Positions 16,891 to 24,371 are shown, counted from the first letter of the stretch. The stretch is 32,000 nucleotides of DNA from Nostoc punctiforme PCC 73102 (GCF_000020025.1 NC_010632.1:150001-182000), one strand, 5' to 3'. The notes: generated from the letters alone by a model not told the origin. Translations and numbers: made by a program.

Positions 16891-16926
16891 TGTCTTTTCA
16901 ATTTCTTGACTATTGTTCTGTAAGCT
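16891..16926 (+). promoter_or_regulatory. Motif promoter d (most divergent): TGTCTTTTCAATTTCTTGAC-N10-TAAGCT
   Basis: 14 of 20 positions match the a-copy, with the same N10 spacing to a TAnnnT hexamer (16921-16926). 30 nt upstream of ATG 16957. Confidence 0.4.
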
Positions 16927-16956
16927 ATGAGTCCACAATAGATTTAGACATACTCA

Positions 16957-17676
16957 ATGATCCGAAAAATTTCTACCTTTTGGTTACGCCATATATACCC
17001 TCGTCTAGCTCCTTTAATTGCCACAATTGGTGTGGTTGGACTTACTGTTTGTCTGCTGATCCTGTTTGTTGTTGCCAAGCTTGCTGAAGAAGTTTTAGAG
17101 AAAGAAGCTTTTGCATTTGATACATCTTTCTTATTATGGATACATCAATTTGCCAATCCGAGTCTTGATAAATTAATGTTATTTATAACAAATCTTGGTA
17201 ATCCTAAGACAGTAATAGTAGTCGCAGGAGTGACTTTAGGAATACTTTGGTGGCGACGTTACCGAGTAGAAATATACATTTTTGTGCTTACTTGTTTAGG
17301 AGGGTTAATCCTAAATACAGGTTTAAAGTTATTTTTTTCAAAACCTCGTCCGCAACTTTGGACACTTTTGATCTCTGAAAAGTCTTTCAGTTTTCCTAGC
17401 GGTCATGCACTAGGTTCTATGGTAATGTATGGTTTTATTGCCTATATGCTAGCTACTCATTATTCTCAATTTTCGCGGTTCATCTATGTTTTAGCGGTTA
17501 TTTTAATAGCGGTAATTGGGATTAGTCGGCTATATTTAGGTGTCCATTGGCCTACAGATGTAATTGCTGGGTATAGTGTTGGATTTTTGTGGTTAATGAT
17601 ATGCATCGTGATACTAAAGCTACAGAGATTGAGGCAAGGAAAATTACTAGGTAAAACATTCGATAACGTTCGTTAA
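16957..17676 (+). CDS. PAP2-family membrane phosphatase (undecaprenyl-diphosphate / lipid phosphate phosphatase type)
   Basis: The three PAP2 motifs are present: KLFFSKPRP, PSGH, SRLYLGVHWPTD. Six hydrophobic segments. Confidence 0.85.
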   Translation: MIRKISTFWLRHIYPRLAPLIATIGVVGLTVCLLILFVVAKLAEEVLEKEAFAFDTSFLLWIHQFANPSLDKLMLFITNLGNPKTVIVVAGVTLGILWWRRYRVEIYIFVLTCLGGLILNTGLKLFFSKPRPQLWTLLISEKSFSFPSGHALGSMVMYGFIAYMLATHYSQFSRFIYVLAVILIAVIGISRLYLGVHWPTDVIAGYSVGFLWLMICIVILKLQRLRQGKLLGKTFDNVR

Positions 17677-17730
17677 GTGATTCTTATTCTGTCTTCAAGC
17701 GATGTATTATAAATGTAGTATAAAAATATC

Positions 17731-17774
17731 GGCTTGACATTTACTCAGGCGATCGCTTTGGTAAATGTCAAGCC
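17731..17774. terminator. Hairpin between convergent PAP2 and SRPBCC genes
   Basis: Perfect 14-bp stem GGCTTGACATTTAC / GTAAATGTCAAGCC. The loop contains HIP1. A T-run follows on the minus strand (GATATTTTT). Confidence 0.55.
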
Positions 17775-17790
17775 TGCAAGCGAGTTGTAA

Positions 17791-18271
17791 TTAATCATTT
17801 GGCTCTAAAAGCTTGCCCAGAGCTTCAACGGACTGCCGCCAGCCGCTTGGAATGCCGCTAGCAACCATGCCGTCACGGTCTGACTGGCTCATTGCTGTGC
17901 TATGGGTACGAATCTCAGTTGTATGTTCGTCAATTGCGACAAACTCAGCTTTTTCCAGCATGACATGCCCACGTTCCGGCATCGCCAAGAATTCAAATGT
18001 CTGCACGATTCGTTTATCTAGAGCGACTTCATGAAAACAGCCAGTAAACTCATACTCGTGACCGTCTTCTGATTGTTCAGCAATGTGCCAACTGCCGCCG
18101 TCTTGACAATCGAAGTGATACACTTTCATTGGATTACCGCGACACCACCAAGTAGCAAACAGTTCCTCTTTGGTATATGCTTCAAATACCTTTTCTAACG
18201 GAGCCTTGATTGTTACAGTACCAAAGATATTTTGTGAATTTTCTCTCCCCTGTTACTGTCAGATGTGCCAT
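17791..18271 (-). pseudogene. SRPBCC/Aha1-like domain protein with a 1-nt frameshift near the 5' end
   Basis: ATG 18271 has a GGAGGG Shine-Dalgarno and reads MAHLTVTG..., then stops after 29 codons. The family-like sequence (...NIFGTVTIKAPLEKVFEAYTKEELFATWW...MKVYHFD...) is in the +1 frame, open from 18252. Dropping one G of the GGGG run gives a 159-aa protein. Confidence 0.6.
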
Positions 18272-18291
18272 ACTACCCTCCTGCTACTTTG

Positions 18292-18615
18292 TTATCGATC
18301 TTCTAGTAGTTTTTCCAGAGCATCAAAGCGGGCACTCCAGATTTTTTCATATTCGCCCAGATACGCTGCGGCTACTTTGAGAGTTTTCGGCTGAATCTGA
18401 ATAACTTTCTCCTTGCCACTTCGACGCTTGGTAATTAGTCCGGCTTTCTCCAACACACTGATGTGCTTTGCGATCGCTGCAAAAGACATCGCGTATGGTT
18501 GTGCTAATTCGCCGATAGTATGTTCTGCTGTTGATACCCGCTTAACAATGTCTCGCCGCGTCACATCAGCCAGAGCAGCAAAAATTTTATCAAGGGCTAG
18601 ATTTGATTCAACCAT
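18292..18615 (-). CDS. ArsR/SmtB-family winged-helix transcriptional regulator
   Basis: LDKIFAALADVTRRDIVKRV...IGELAQPYAMSFAAIAKHISVLEKAGLI is a typical ArsR HTH. Lies upstream of an SRPBCC gene, a common pairing. Confidence 0.85.
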   Translation of the reverse strand: MVESNLALDKIFAALADVTRRDIVKRVSTAEHTIGELAQPYAMSFAAIAKHISVLEKAGLITKRRSGKEKVIQIQPKTLKVAAAYLGEYEKIWSARFDALEKLLEDR

Positions 18616-18633
18616 ATAGTTGAATCAAATCTA
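18598..18633. promoter_or_regulatory. 36-bp perfect palindrome (15-6-15) centred on the arsR start codon
   Basis: TAGATTTGATTCAAC CATATA GTTGAATCAAATCTA. One arm encodes codons 2-6 (VESNL), the other is 5' UTR, and the ATG sits in the spacer. Confidence 0.5.
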
Positions 18634-18689
18634 AAGATACAGATCGTGTCAAGTGACGAGGCAGACAACTTTTACCTTCTGTCGTGACC

Positions 18690-18895
18690 AAACAATTCGC
18701 TTTTTCGCAATTGAAAATGCGAATTGCGGATTGTTAATTGGTTAATTGCTTGTGGGGTACAAGCCCCCACCAACCTACGGGTTGGTGGCATCCAATTAGT
18801 GGTGGGTACAGAGCTAACACTAATTGTCTTATATGCGAACGAGCGAAAAAGCGAACTTGTACTGAGCGCAGTCGAAGTATTGCGAATTGGAGTTG
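18690..18895. repeat. Repeat-rich intergenic block (GCGAATT-type heptamers plus GC hairpins)
   Basis: CAATTCG...CGCAATTG...TGCGAATTGCG at 18693-18730. Hairpin CCACCAACC-TACG-GGTTGGTGG at 18767-18788. TTGCGAATTGG near 18880. Confidence 0.5.
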
Positions 18896-19008
18896 ACAAG
18901 CTCTAAGCTATGTGAGAGAAGGGCTATAGCTGAATGTTGCTAAAATAACGAGCGGACAAAGGTCACAACTTTATATAATCTTTTATAGAAGACTAAGCTT
19001 AACCTAAA

Positions 19009-19356
19009 ATGACCGATACACCTGAGTACTTCCCAAGCAGACTAGACCGTGCTGAACAAATTATCTTGGGGTTAGCTGAAAGACAAGCTAATACCCAAGC
19101 ACAACTCGATGAGCTAAGACAGGAAGTGCGAGGACTTACCAGTAACGTTGACCGTGTGCTAGCTCGTAGCGCAATTTTGGACGACGTACTACTTGAGTTA
19201 CGCGACTCACACGAAGCACATCAGCGTAATTTTGAAATACATCAGCGCAACTTTGAAATACATCGTCAAGACTTTCAAGAACACCAACGCACCACGAACG
19301 CTGCACTACAAAGTCTTGAAGCTATCTTGCTACAGTTAACTCGAAATCATTCTTGA
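19009..19356 (+). CDS. Hypothetical coiled-coil protein with a 3 x 21-nt tandem repeat
   Basis: 115-aa helical ORF. Repeats at 19219-19281 encode HQRNFEI HQRNFEI HRQDFQE. Confidence 0.5.
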   Translation: MTDTPEYFPSRLDRAEQIILGLAERQANTQAQLDELRQEVRGLTSNVDRVLARSAILDDVLLELRDSHEAHQRNFEIHQRNFEIHRQDFQEHQRTTNAALQSLEAILLQLTRNHS

Positions 19357-19456
19357 AATGCGATCGCATGAGGGTAAATTTTGAGCAAATTCACCTTCAT
19401 AAAAAACGATTGTCTCTTGCCATTAATGCTGACCTTGGATCGCATATACGCACTCA

Positions 19457-19648
19457 TCACTGTTCATCCCGCAACCACTCTAACCCAGTTGTCAACGCTG
19501 CCTCCGCCGTGTAATAAATCTTTTTTTCCCCGAATATCCCACCCGTGCGGCTGATGATACGGAATTCCCAGCAATGCCCTGGCGTGTAAAAAACCATTAG
19601 GATACTGCTGTTGACACAGAGTACCGTGTAAACTTTAACTTGGGACAT
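19457..19648 (-). CDS. Hypothetical 63-aa protein
   Basis: Its ATG overlaps the upstream ORF's stop (TAATG at 19646-19650). No family recognised. Confidence 0.4.
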   Translation of the reverse strand: MSQVKVYTVLCVNSSILMVFYTPGHCWEFRIISRTGGIFGEKKIYYTAEAALTTGLEWLRDEQ

Positions 19649-19857
19649 TAGCCAAAGCGCAGTATGGTTGCAAGTCTCCCCTTGAACCTACTGTTAGAAT
19701 CGTAATCTTCAGTTTTCGGCTTGGTGCTATAGGTAGACTTTGACTCAAATGCTTTTTCAAAAATGAAAACTCCAGTATCCAAAAATTGTACTAATTTCCT
19801 GTACCTATCTATCAAGACACTACAATTAAGACAAAGAACTTCATCAACCTTAAACAA
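19648..19857 (-). CDS. Hypothetical small protein (about 69 aa, start uncertain)
   Basis: ORF immediately downstream of the response-regulator gene. TTG start in the track. The in-frame upstream codons add KCH, giving C-x10-C-x2-C. Confidence 0.3.
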   Translation of the reverse strand: MFKVDEVLCLNCSVLIDRYRKLVQFLDTGVFIFEKAFESKSTYSTKPKTEDYDSNSRFKGRLATILRFG

Positions 19858-19879
19858 GTGACATTTGGCAGTTTTATGA

Positions 19880-20646
19880 TTAATGCTCTAGTTGAGGAAT
19901 TCGTTGAAAAAAGTAACCACTTCCTCTTGCAGTGAGTATATATTCTGGATTTTCCAGATCATCTTCTAACTTCGAGCGCAAACGTGAGATATGCACATCC
20001 ACCACACGAGTATCTGCATGTTGTTCTGCACTATAACCCCATACTTGCTGCAATATTTCTCCACGGGTAAAAGATTTGCCGGGATAGCTCATCAATAACT
20101 CTAGTAAGCTGTACTCTACACCCGTTAATGTAATCCGCTCACCTGCTTTGTAGACTTGTCGCTTATTGGTATCAATTTTAAGATTGTCTACAACCATTAC
20201 TCCCAAATTAGAAATAGCAGTAGTTGCTGTATCGTTTCTTCGTCGCAGCAACGAGCGAATTCTTGACTCTAATTCCTTGGGAGTATTGGTTTCGCCATAT
20301 AGTCATCAGCCCCTAATTCCAGCCCAGTGATTCGATCTGCTACATCTCCCAAGGCTGTAAGCATGATAATTGGCACATCTGATTGTTTCCGTAATTCTTG
20401 ACAGACACCGTAACCATCCAGCTTTGGCATCATCACATCCAGAACGATTAAGTCGGGAGTTTCTTTACGAAAGGCTGACAAAGCTTCTTCACCATCACTA
20501 GCTGTCACTACGCTGTAGCCAATCATTTCTAACCGCATCTGTAAAATCCGGCGGATGCTGGCTTCGTCATCTACTACTAAGATTGTGCCTTTATCACTTG
20601 ATAAGTTTCTTAATGCTGTTCCTCCACAGCGAGAACTCTCAACCAT
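19880..20646 (-). pseudogene. RpaB-like OmpR-family response regulator split by a 1-nt frameshift
   Basis: The receiver ORF (ILVVDDEASIRRIL...VMMPKLDGYGVCQELRKQSDVPIIMLTALGDVADRITGLELGADDYMAKP) ends in ILPRN*. The next frame continues TPKELESRIRSLLRRR... into the winged-helix ORF (RVVDVHISRLRSKLE...ILTARGSGYFFQ). The shift must lie within 20272-20298. Confidence 0.75.
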
Positions 20647-20796
20647 CTATTAACCCAAGTTGCGGGTTATCAAATACAGATTTACTATTGAGTGCGAACA
20701 GGCACTTCAAGGTGGTGGTTATGGGTAGCCCAACCACCACTTCGACTCAACTAAAAGTAGCAGTATACAATTATAAAAAGTATTAAATTTAGCTCA

Positions 20797-21621
20797 TTAC
20801 ATAAATGCAGATTTTAGGGTAAATGCAAAAATAAATGCTTGTAGTTTCAGTAAAAACCCTTCATATGTCACTGCATGAATTGATTTTGGAAAGATGCAAG
20901 TGATACAACTAAACACTGTTTCAATATAATGCCTTGTATATTGCTTAACATACTGATTCCACGGTTGATCTTGACGCTTGGAATTCTTTTTCCGCATGAC
21001 TTTGAGAGATATTTGGCTTGATTGTGCCATATCATCCTCTACGGTATAATCAGTATAGGCTGCATCTGCGTATACTTCACTACCAGGCGGTAAGTTGAAT
21101 GGTAACGCATTTAATCCACGCACATCGTTTGCACTACCAGGTAAAAAGGCAAATTCTACAGGAATTCCGCTTTTGGTACTGATTAACTGGACTCTGACTC
21201 CGTAGAAATAGCGTTTTTTCGATGCGATGTAACCTCTGTATTCTTCTGACTGTATCAAGTGAACTTGAAAAATACGGATATTGTCACAAATGGTCACGGG
21301 AAATGAGTCTAAAAGATACTCCGTTGAATCACTTATTTCTTTAATTATCATTCCTATTTGATGAAATAAGTCGTTGAGCAACATTGATAAATTGTGTAAT
21401 CGCAGATTGAATCGTGATTTTTCTAACATATTTGGTATTAATTTATGGTCTTTCATATAGGCGCAAGCCTTGCTATGATTACCATTGAAGAACATAGCGG
21501 CAACAAGTGCCGTTGTAATAATTTCTGCATCAATCATGTCCCGACGAATGTCGTCGTCATGCCCAATCGCCTTGAGTAAGTCATCAGTGATAGCATAGAT
21601 CGTAATTATTTCGTTTAGCAT
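20797..21621 (-). CDS. IS982-family transposase (element ends not resolved, roughly 20780-21745)
   Basis: LDSFPVTICDNIRI, GYIASKKRYFYGVRVQLI, PVEFAFLPGSANDVRG, YADAAY, RKKNSKR are blocks typical of IS982 transposases. Start placed at MLNEIITIY (ATG 21621). I could find only weak terminal inverted repeats. Confidence 0.7.
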   Translation of the reverse strand: MLNEIITIYAITDDLLKAIGHDDDIRRDMIDAEIITTALVAAMFFNGNHSKACAYMKDHKLIPNMLEKSRFNLRLHNLSMLLNDLFHQIGMIIKEISDSTEYLLDSFPVTICDNIRIFQVHLIQSEEYRGYIASKKRYFYGVRVQLISTKSGIPVEFAFLPGSANDVRGLNALPFNLPPGSEVYADAAYTDYTVEDDMAQSSQISLKVMRKKNSKRQDQPWNQYVKQYTRHYIETVFSCITCIFPKSIHAVTYEGFLLKLQAFIFAFTLKSAFM

Positions 21622-21970
21622 CTGTCCCTCCTCTTTTGACTCTGGGGGGAATTTTATGGCTTTTTTGACCCCGTTGCGATCGCCTGAATCTGTAACTAGC
21701 AACTTGGGTTATTATCTGCTTATTAGGAGTCAAAACTGCAAAACAGTATTGACATACAGTCATGAGGAAAGAAGCGATCGCTTAATACTTGCATCTGTGC
21801 AACAGATTATGCTGGGGCATCTGCACGAAAACAGATTTGTACACAATTAATAAATTCCTCGACAAGGGACTCGTATTTTCCATAAATTTGGTGTACCTTG
21901 TTAATTTCGTGCAAATTATTTACACCCGACTGACCCCGACTTTCTAGAAATCTACTGTCATCCAAATTTT

Positions 21971-22285
21971 TTGCCAATGCCTTCGAGGGAACAGCCAATG
22001 AATACTTCTAATGAGATACAAACAAAGAAGATCATCAAAAAATCCGACAAGCTTACCCTGAGACAGATGAAGCTAATCGAGGAGGCTGAAGACCAACTTC
22101 TTGAAGCTAATACTGTCAATTCTACTGCCCCTGTAGCTGAGGAGAAACCAGTAATCACTCCTGAACCAAGAGTTCCTGACTATATTCCATTGCTTGATAA
22201 TCCTCCAGTACAATCGGTGGGCAACTCTGGCTGGCAGATTTCTGATGTCTGGCGGGATCTGCGCGTGGATAGCTTCTCGAATTAA
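21971..22285 (+). CDS. Hypothetical 104-aa protein; its last about 18 codons are duplicated at 28226-28281
   Basis: ORF with a Lys-rich N-terminal part, a Pro-rich centre and the tail GWQISDVWRDLRVDSFSN*. No family recognised. Confidence 0.45.
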   Translation: MPMPSREQPMNTSNEIQTKKIIKKSDKLTLRQMKLIEEAEDQLLEANTVNSTAPVAEEKPVITPEPRVPDYIPLLDNPPVQSVGNSGWQISDVWRDLRVDSFSN

Positions 22286-22668
22286 ACCGGAACTAAGGCA
22301 ACCGCCTGAGCAACTTTTGTAAACTATCTTTGCACTCAGTCAAAGCTATAGTTAATTGTGCCTATAATTAAGTTACGGCTAACTATAACTAAAAGTTAGC
22401 ACCCTGTAAATGGTTATCGCTTGGATTACGCATCAAAAGCGATACCAAAGACAAACAAAATTTATCGGCAGCGCAATAGTTCCTATTCCGTTGCCAACAT
22501 GCACCCTCCGCGATCGCATGTTGGTGAAAGTGTTGTATATCAAAGAAAATGGTGTTAATCGTAGTTTATATCGGATAAAAGATAAGGGTATATTATTTTG
22601 TGTTCTCCAGGATTCGTGTATACTGAACTTTTAAATTCAGAACTACCGAGTGCGATCGCATAATTATT

Positions 22669-23682
22669 GTGAATAACCCTGAACTAAATAATTTACCTCC
22701 GATTAAACTCATTCCTCTGAACGCTGAAACAGCATTGCTGACTGGGCGCACGGCTAGTACAAGACCACCAACCGATATCCGGTGGGTAAAGGTGCTAGAG
22801 TTTTTACGCAGCAACAATCTCGCACCAAACAGCCGCAAGCTTTACGAACGTGAACTGAAGCGATTTTTGGCTTGGAGTGAGCTGCACTATCATGAACTGC
22901 GTCCACGTCATCTTGCGCTATATAAAGAATATCTCCGTGATGAAATACGGACTGATGCAGGTAATCCCCTTTCAAAAAGCAGCATTAATGCGGGAATTGC
23001 GGCACTCAAAAGCTTTTTCAAATGGATGTCTTACACATATCCTGAAATTATTGCTACTAATCCCACACTGGGGATTAAACTGGAAAAAGTGCCACTGCCA
23101 CCAGCCCAGAGTTTAACCCCAGAAGAGATGGAACGGGTTTGGTCAGCGTTGGAATTGCTCCAAGAGACAAAGCAACGGGATACAGCACTGGTTCACATTC
23201 TCAGTCATGGACTCCGGGCTGGGGAAGTTGTGCAGCTAAATGTTGGCTCATTTGATGGCAAGCTACTATTTTTACCAGACACCAAAACCAATGAACCACG
23301 CTTAGTGCCACTGCGAAAGGAGAGTCGGGAAGTTTTAGCAGAGTATTTGCAATTGCGCTCACAGCAAGGAGAGGTTTTAAACAGCGACTCTCCATTGATG
23401 ATTTCACACCATGCTTCATACAAAGGTGAACGCTTGAGTTATCACGGCATTTACTTTGCTGTAGAAAATATCGGTGAACTTGCTCAAATTGAGGATTTGC
23501 ACCCTCACTCCTTTCGCCACACCTATGCCACTGACTTATTGCTATTGGGAGTTGACCCCAGCCATGCCCGTAAGCTAACGGGACATCAAAGCGAGAAGGC
23601 GTTTCGGCGCTATACCCTTCGCAGCGAACAAGAAGCGGCGATCGCTGCTTACTATCGTGCAATCGGTGAAGAAGCAGAGTAG
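22669..23682 (+). CDS. Tyrosine site-specific recombinase (XerC/XerD-like phage-integrase family)
   Basis: N-terminal SAM-like domain (LYERELKRFLAW). Catalytic residues in LSHGLRAGEV (R), HSFRHTYAT (H-x-x-R), GHQSEKAFRRY (H...Y). GTG start. Confidence 0.88.
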   Translation: MNNPELNNLPPIKLIPLNAETALLTGRTASTRPPTDIRWVKVLEFLRSNNLAPNSRKLYERELKRFLAWSELHYHELRPRHLALYKEYLRDEIRTDAGNPLSKSSINAGIAALKSFFKWMSYTYPEIIATNPTLGIKLEKVPLPPAQSLTPEEMERVWSALELLQETKQRDTALVHILSHGLRAGEVVQLNVGSFDGKLLFLPDTKTNEPRLVPLRKESREVLAEYLQLRSQQGEVLNSDSPLMISHHASYKGERLSYHGIYFAVENIGELAQIEDLHPHSFRHTYATDLLLLGVDPSHARKLTGHQSEKAFRRYTLRSEQEAAIAAYYRAIGEEAE

Positions 23683-23685
23683 ACT

Positions 23686-24153
23686 ATGCCGAAGCCGTTA
23701 GACCCCAAGTGTCAGCTATGTTCTAAACTACCAACAACTCAAGCTAAAGTGCTGCATGGAACAGCAGGGGATGGATGTTGGAATCCACGCATTTGCCACA
23801 ATCGCCGTTCGTTTTACCGCCACCGCTCCCAGAATAATTCAGCAGAAATTGATGCAATCGCAGTCGAACCACCAGCAACATATTTTGCAGTGCTGTATTT
23901 GTATAAAGAACCAGGGGATAAGCCATTGCACGCTATGTCGGCAGAACTGTGGCTGGGACAACAGCCTATTTGTCGCTTAGAACCAATTCACTGCTTTGGA
24001 CTAACGGCTGGCAAGATCCGCGCCTATACAGATCAGGTGTTGCAGGCTTTTGCAAAACAATATGGTGTTTCGCTCTATCAATATAAAGATATGTTTGAAA
24101 TTACCTCAAGTTACTGCCCAGTTCGTCCTTGCCCGTTACATCCAGAATCCTAG
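23686..24153 (+). CDS. Hypothetical Cys-rich 155-aa protein, operonic with the integrase
   Basis: Starts 4 nt after the integrase stop. N-terminal C-x2-C ... C-x6-C-H arrangement (KCQLCSK...GDGCWNPRICHNRR) suggests a zinc-binding fold. No family recognised. Confidence 0.5.
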   Translation: MPKPLDPKCQLCSKLPTTQAKVLHGTAGDGCWNPRICHNRRSFYRHRSQNNSAEIDAIAVEPPATYFAVLYLYKEPGDKPLHAMSAELWLGQQPICRLEPIHCFGLTAGKIRAYTDQVLQAFAKQYGVSLYQYKDMFEITSSYCPVRPCPLHPES

Positions 24154-24164
24154 AGATGACCGAA

Positions 24165-24216
24165 CAATTCGCAATTCGCAGTGACGCTCCTTCGTCGCTA
24201 ACGCAATTCGCAATTG
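24165..24216. repeat. CAATTCG heptamer copies (inverse orientation of the 24336 array)
   Basis: CAATTCG CAATTCG at 24165-24178 and CAATTCG CAATTG at 24204-24216. Confidence 0.6.
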
Positions 24217-24335
24217 TGGACGTAATTGATAATTGATTCATCTTTGGTGTCAAAGCCCCTAATTTCAATTATGAAAAGAAACAAGACACGTAGTATCAAT
24301 ATTCAAGCCCCCGCATTCATGAGTGGGGTATTATT

Positions 24336-24369
24336 AATTGCGAATTGCGAATTGCGAATTGCGAATTGG
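24336..24369. repeat. STRR-like tandem heptamer array (AATTGCG x4 plus a partial copy)
   Basis: AATTGCGAATTGCGAATTGCGAATTGCGAATTGG read directly from the sequence. Confidence 0.85.
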
Positions 24370-24371
24370 AA

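Noticed and set aside
18672-18906. ORFs 18672-18899 (-) and 18724-18906 (+)
   Set aside because: They overlap each other across a block of heptamer and hairpin repeats. The translations look like repeat artefacts.
5698-20300. Programmed recoding (stop read-through or frameshifting) as the explanation for the TAA codons and frameshifts in host genes
   Set aside because: There are no slippery heptamers or recoding contexts at these sites, and the lesions co-occur with IS insertions and a lost start codon. Decay or sequencing error is more economical. Only the IS630 A8 run looks programmed.
20780-21745. Exact ends and target duplication of the IS982-type element
   Set aside because: Only weak, gapped similarity exists between the candidate ends (around 20800-20830 and 21705-21735), so I do not report boundaries as a feature.
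21656-22158. ORFs 21656-21850 (+), 21807-21998 (-) and 21958-22158 (-)
   Set aside because: They are short, mutually overlapping or antisense to ORF 21971-22285, and match no recognisable family. One may be a gene remnant beside the IS982 element, but I cannot support that.
22410-22634. 74-aa ORF upstream of the integrase
   Set aside because: The region is full of hairpins (TATCGCTT/AAGCGATA, CCAACATGC/GCATGTTGG) and the peptide is implausible. It is more likely a non-coding leader or a recombination-site region.
22754-23926. Antisense and overlapping ORFs within the integrase and the 155-aa gene (22593-22838, 22754-22975, 22877-23116, 23201-23662, 23205-23423, 23744-23926, 23756-23980)
   Set aside because: They are shadows of the integrase operon. 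The integrase frame carries all the catalytic motifs.
24336-24369. Tandem repeats as a CRISPR array
   Set aside because: The unit is 7 nt with no spacers. This is an STRR-like heptamer array, not CRISPR. No CRISPR-like repeat-spacer structure occurs anywhere in the window.
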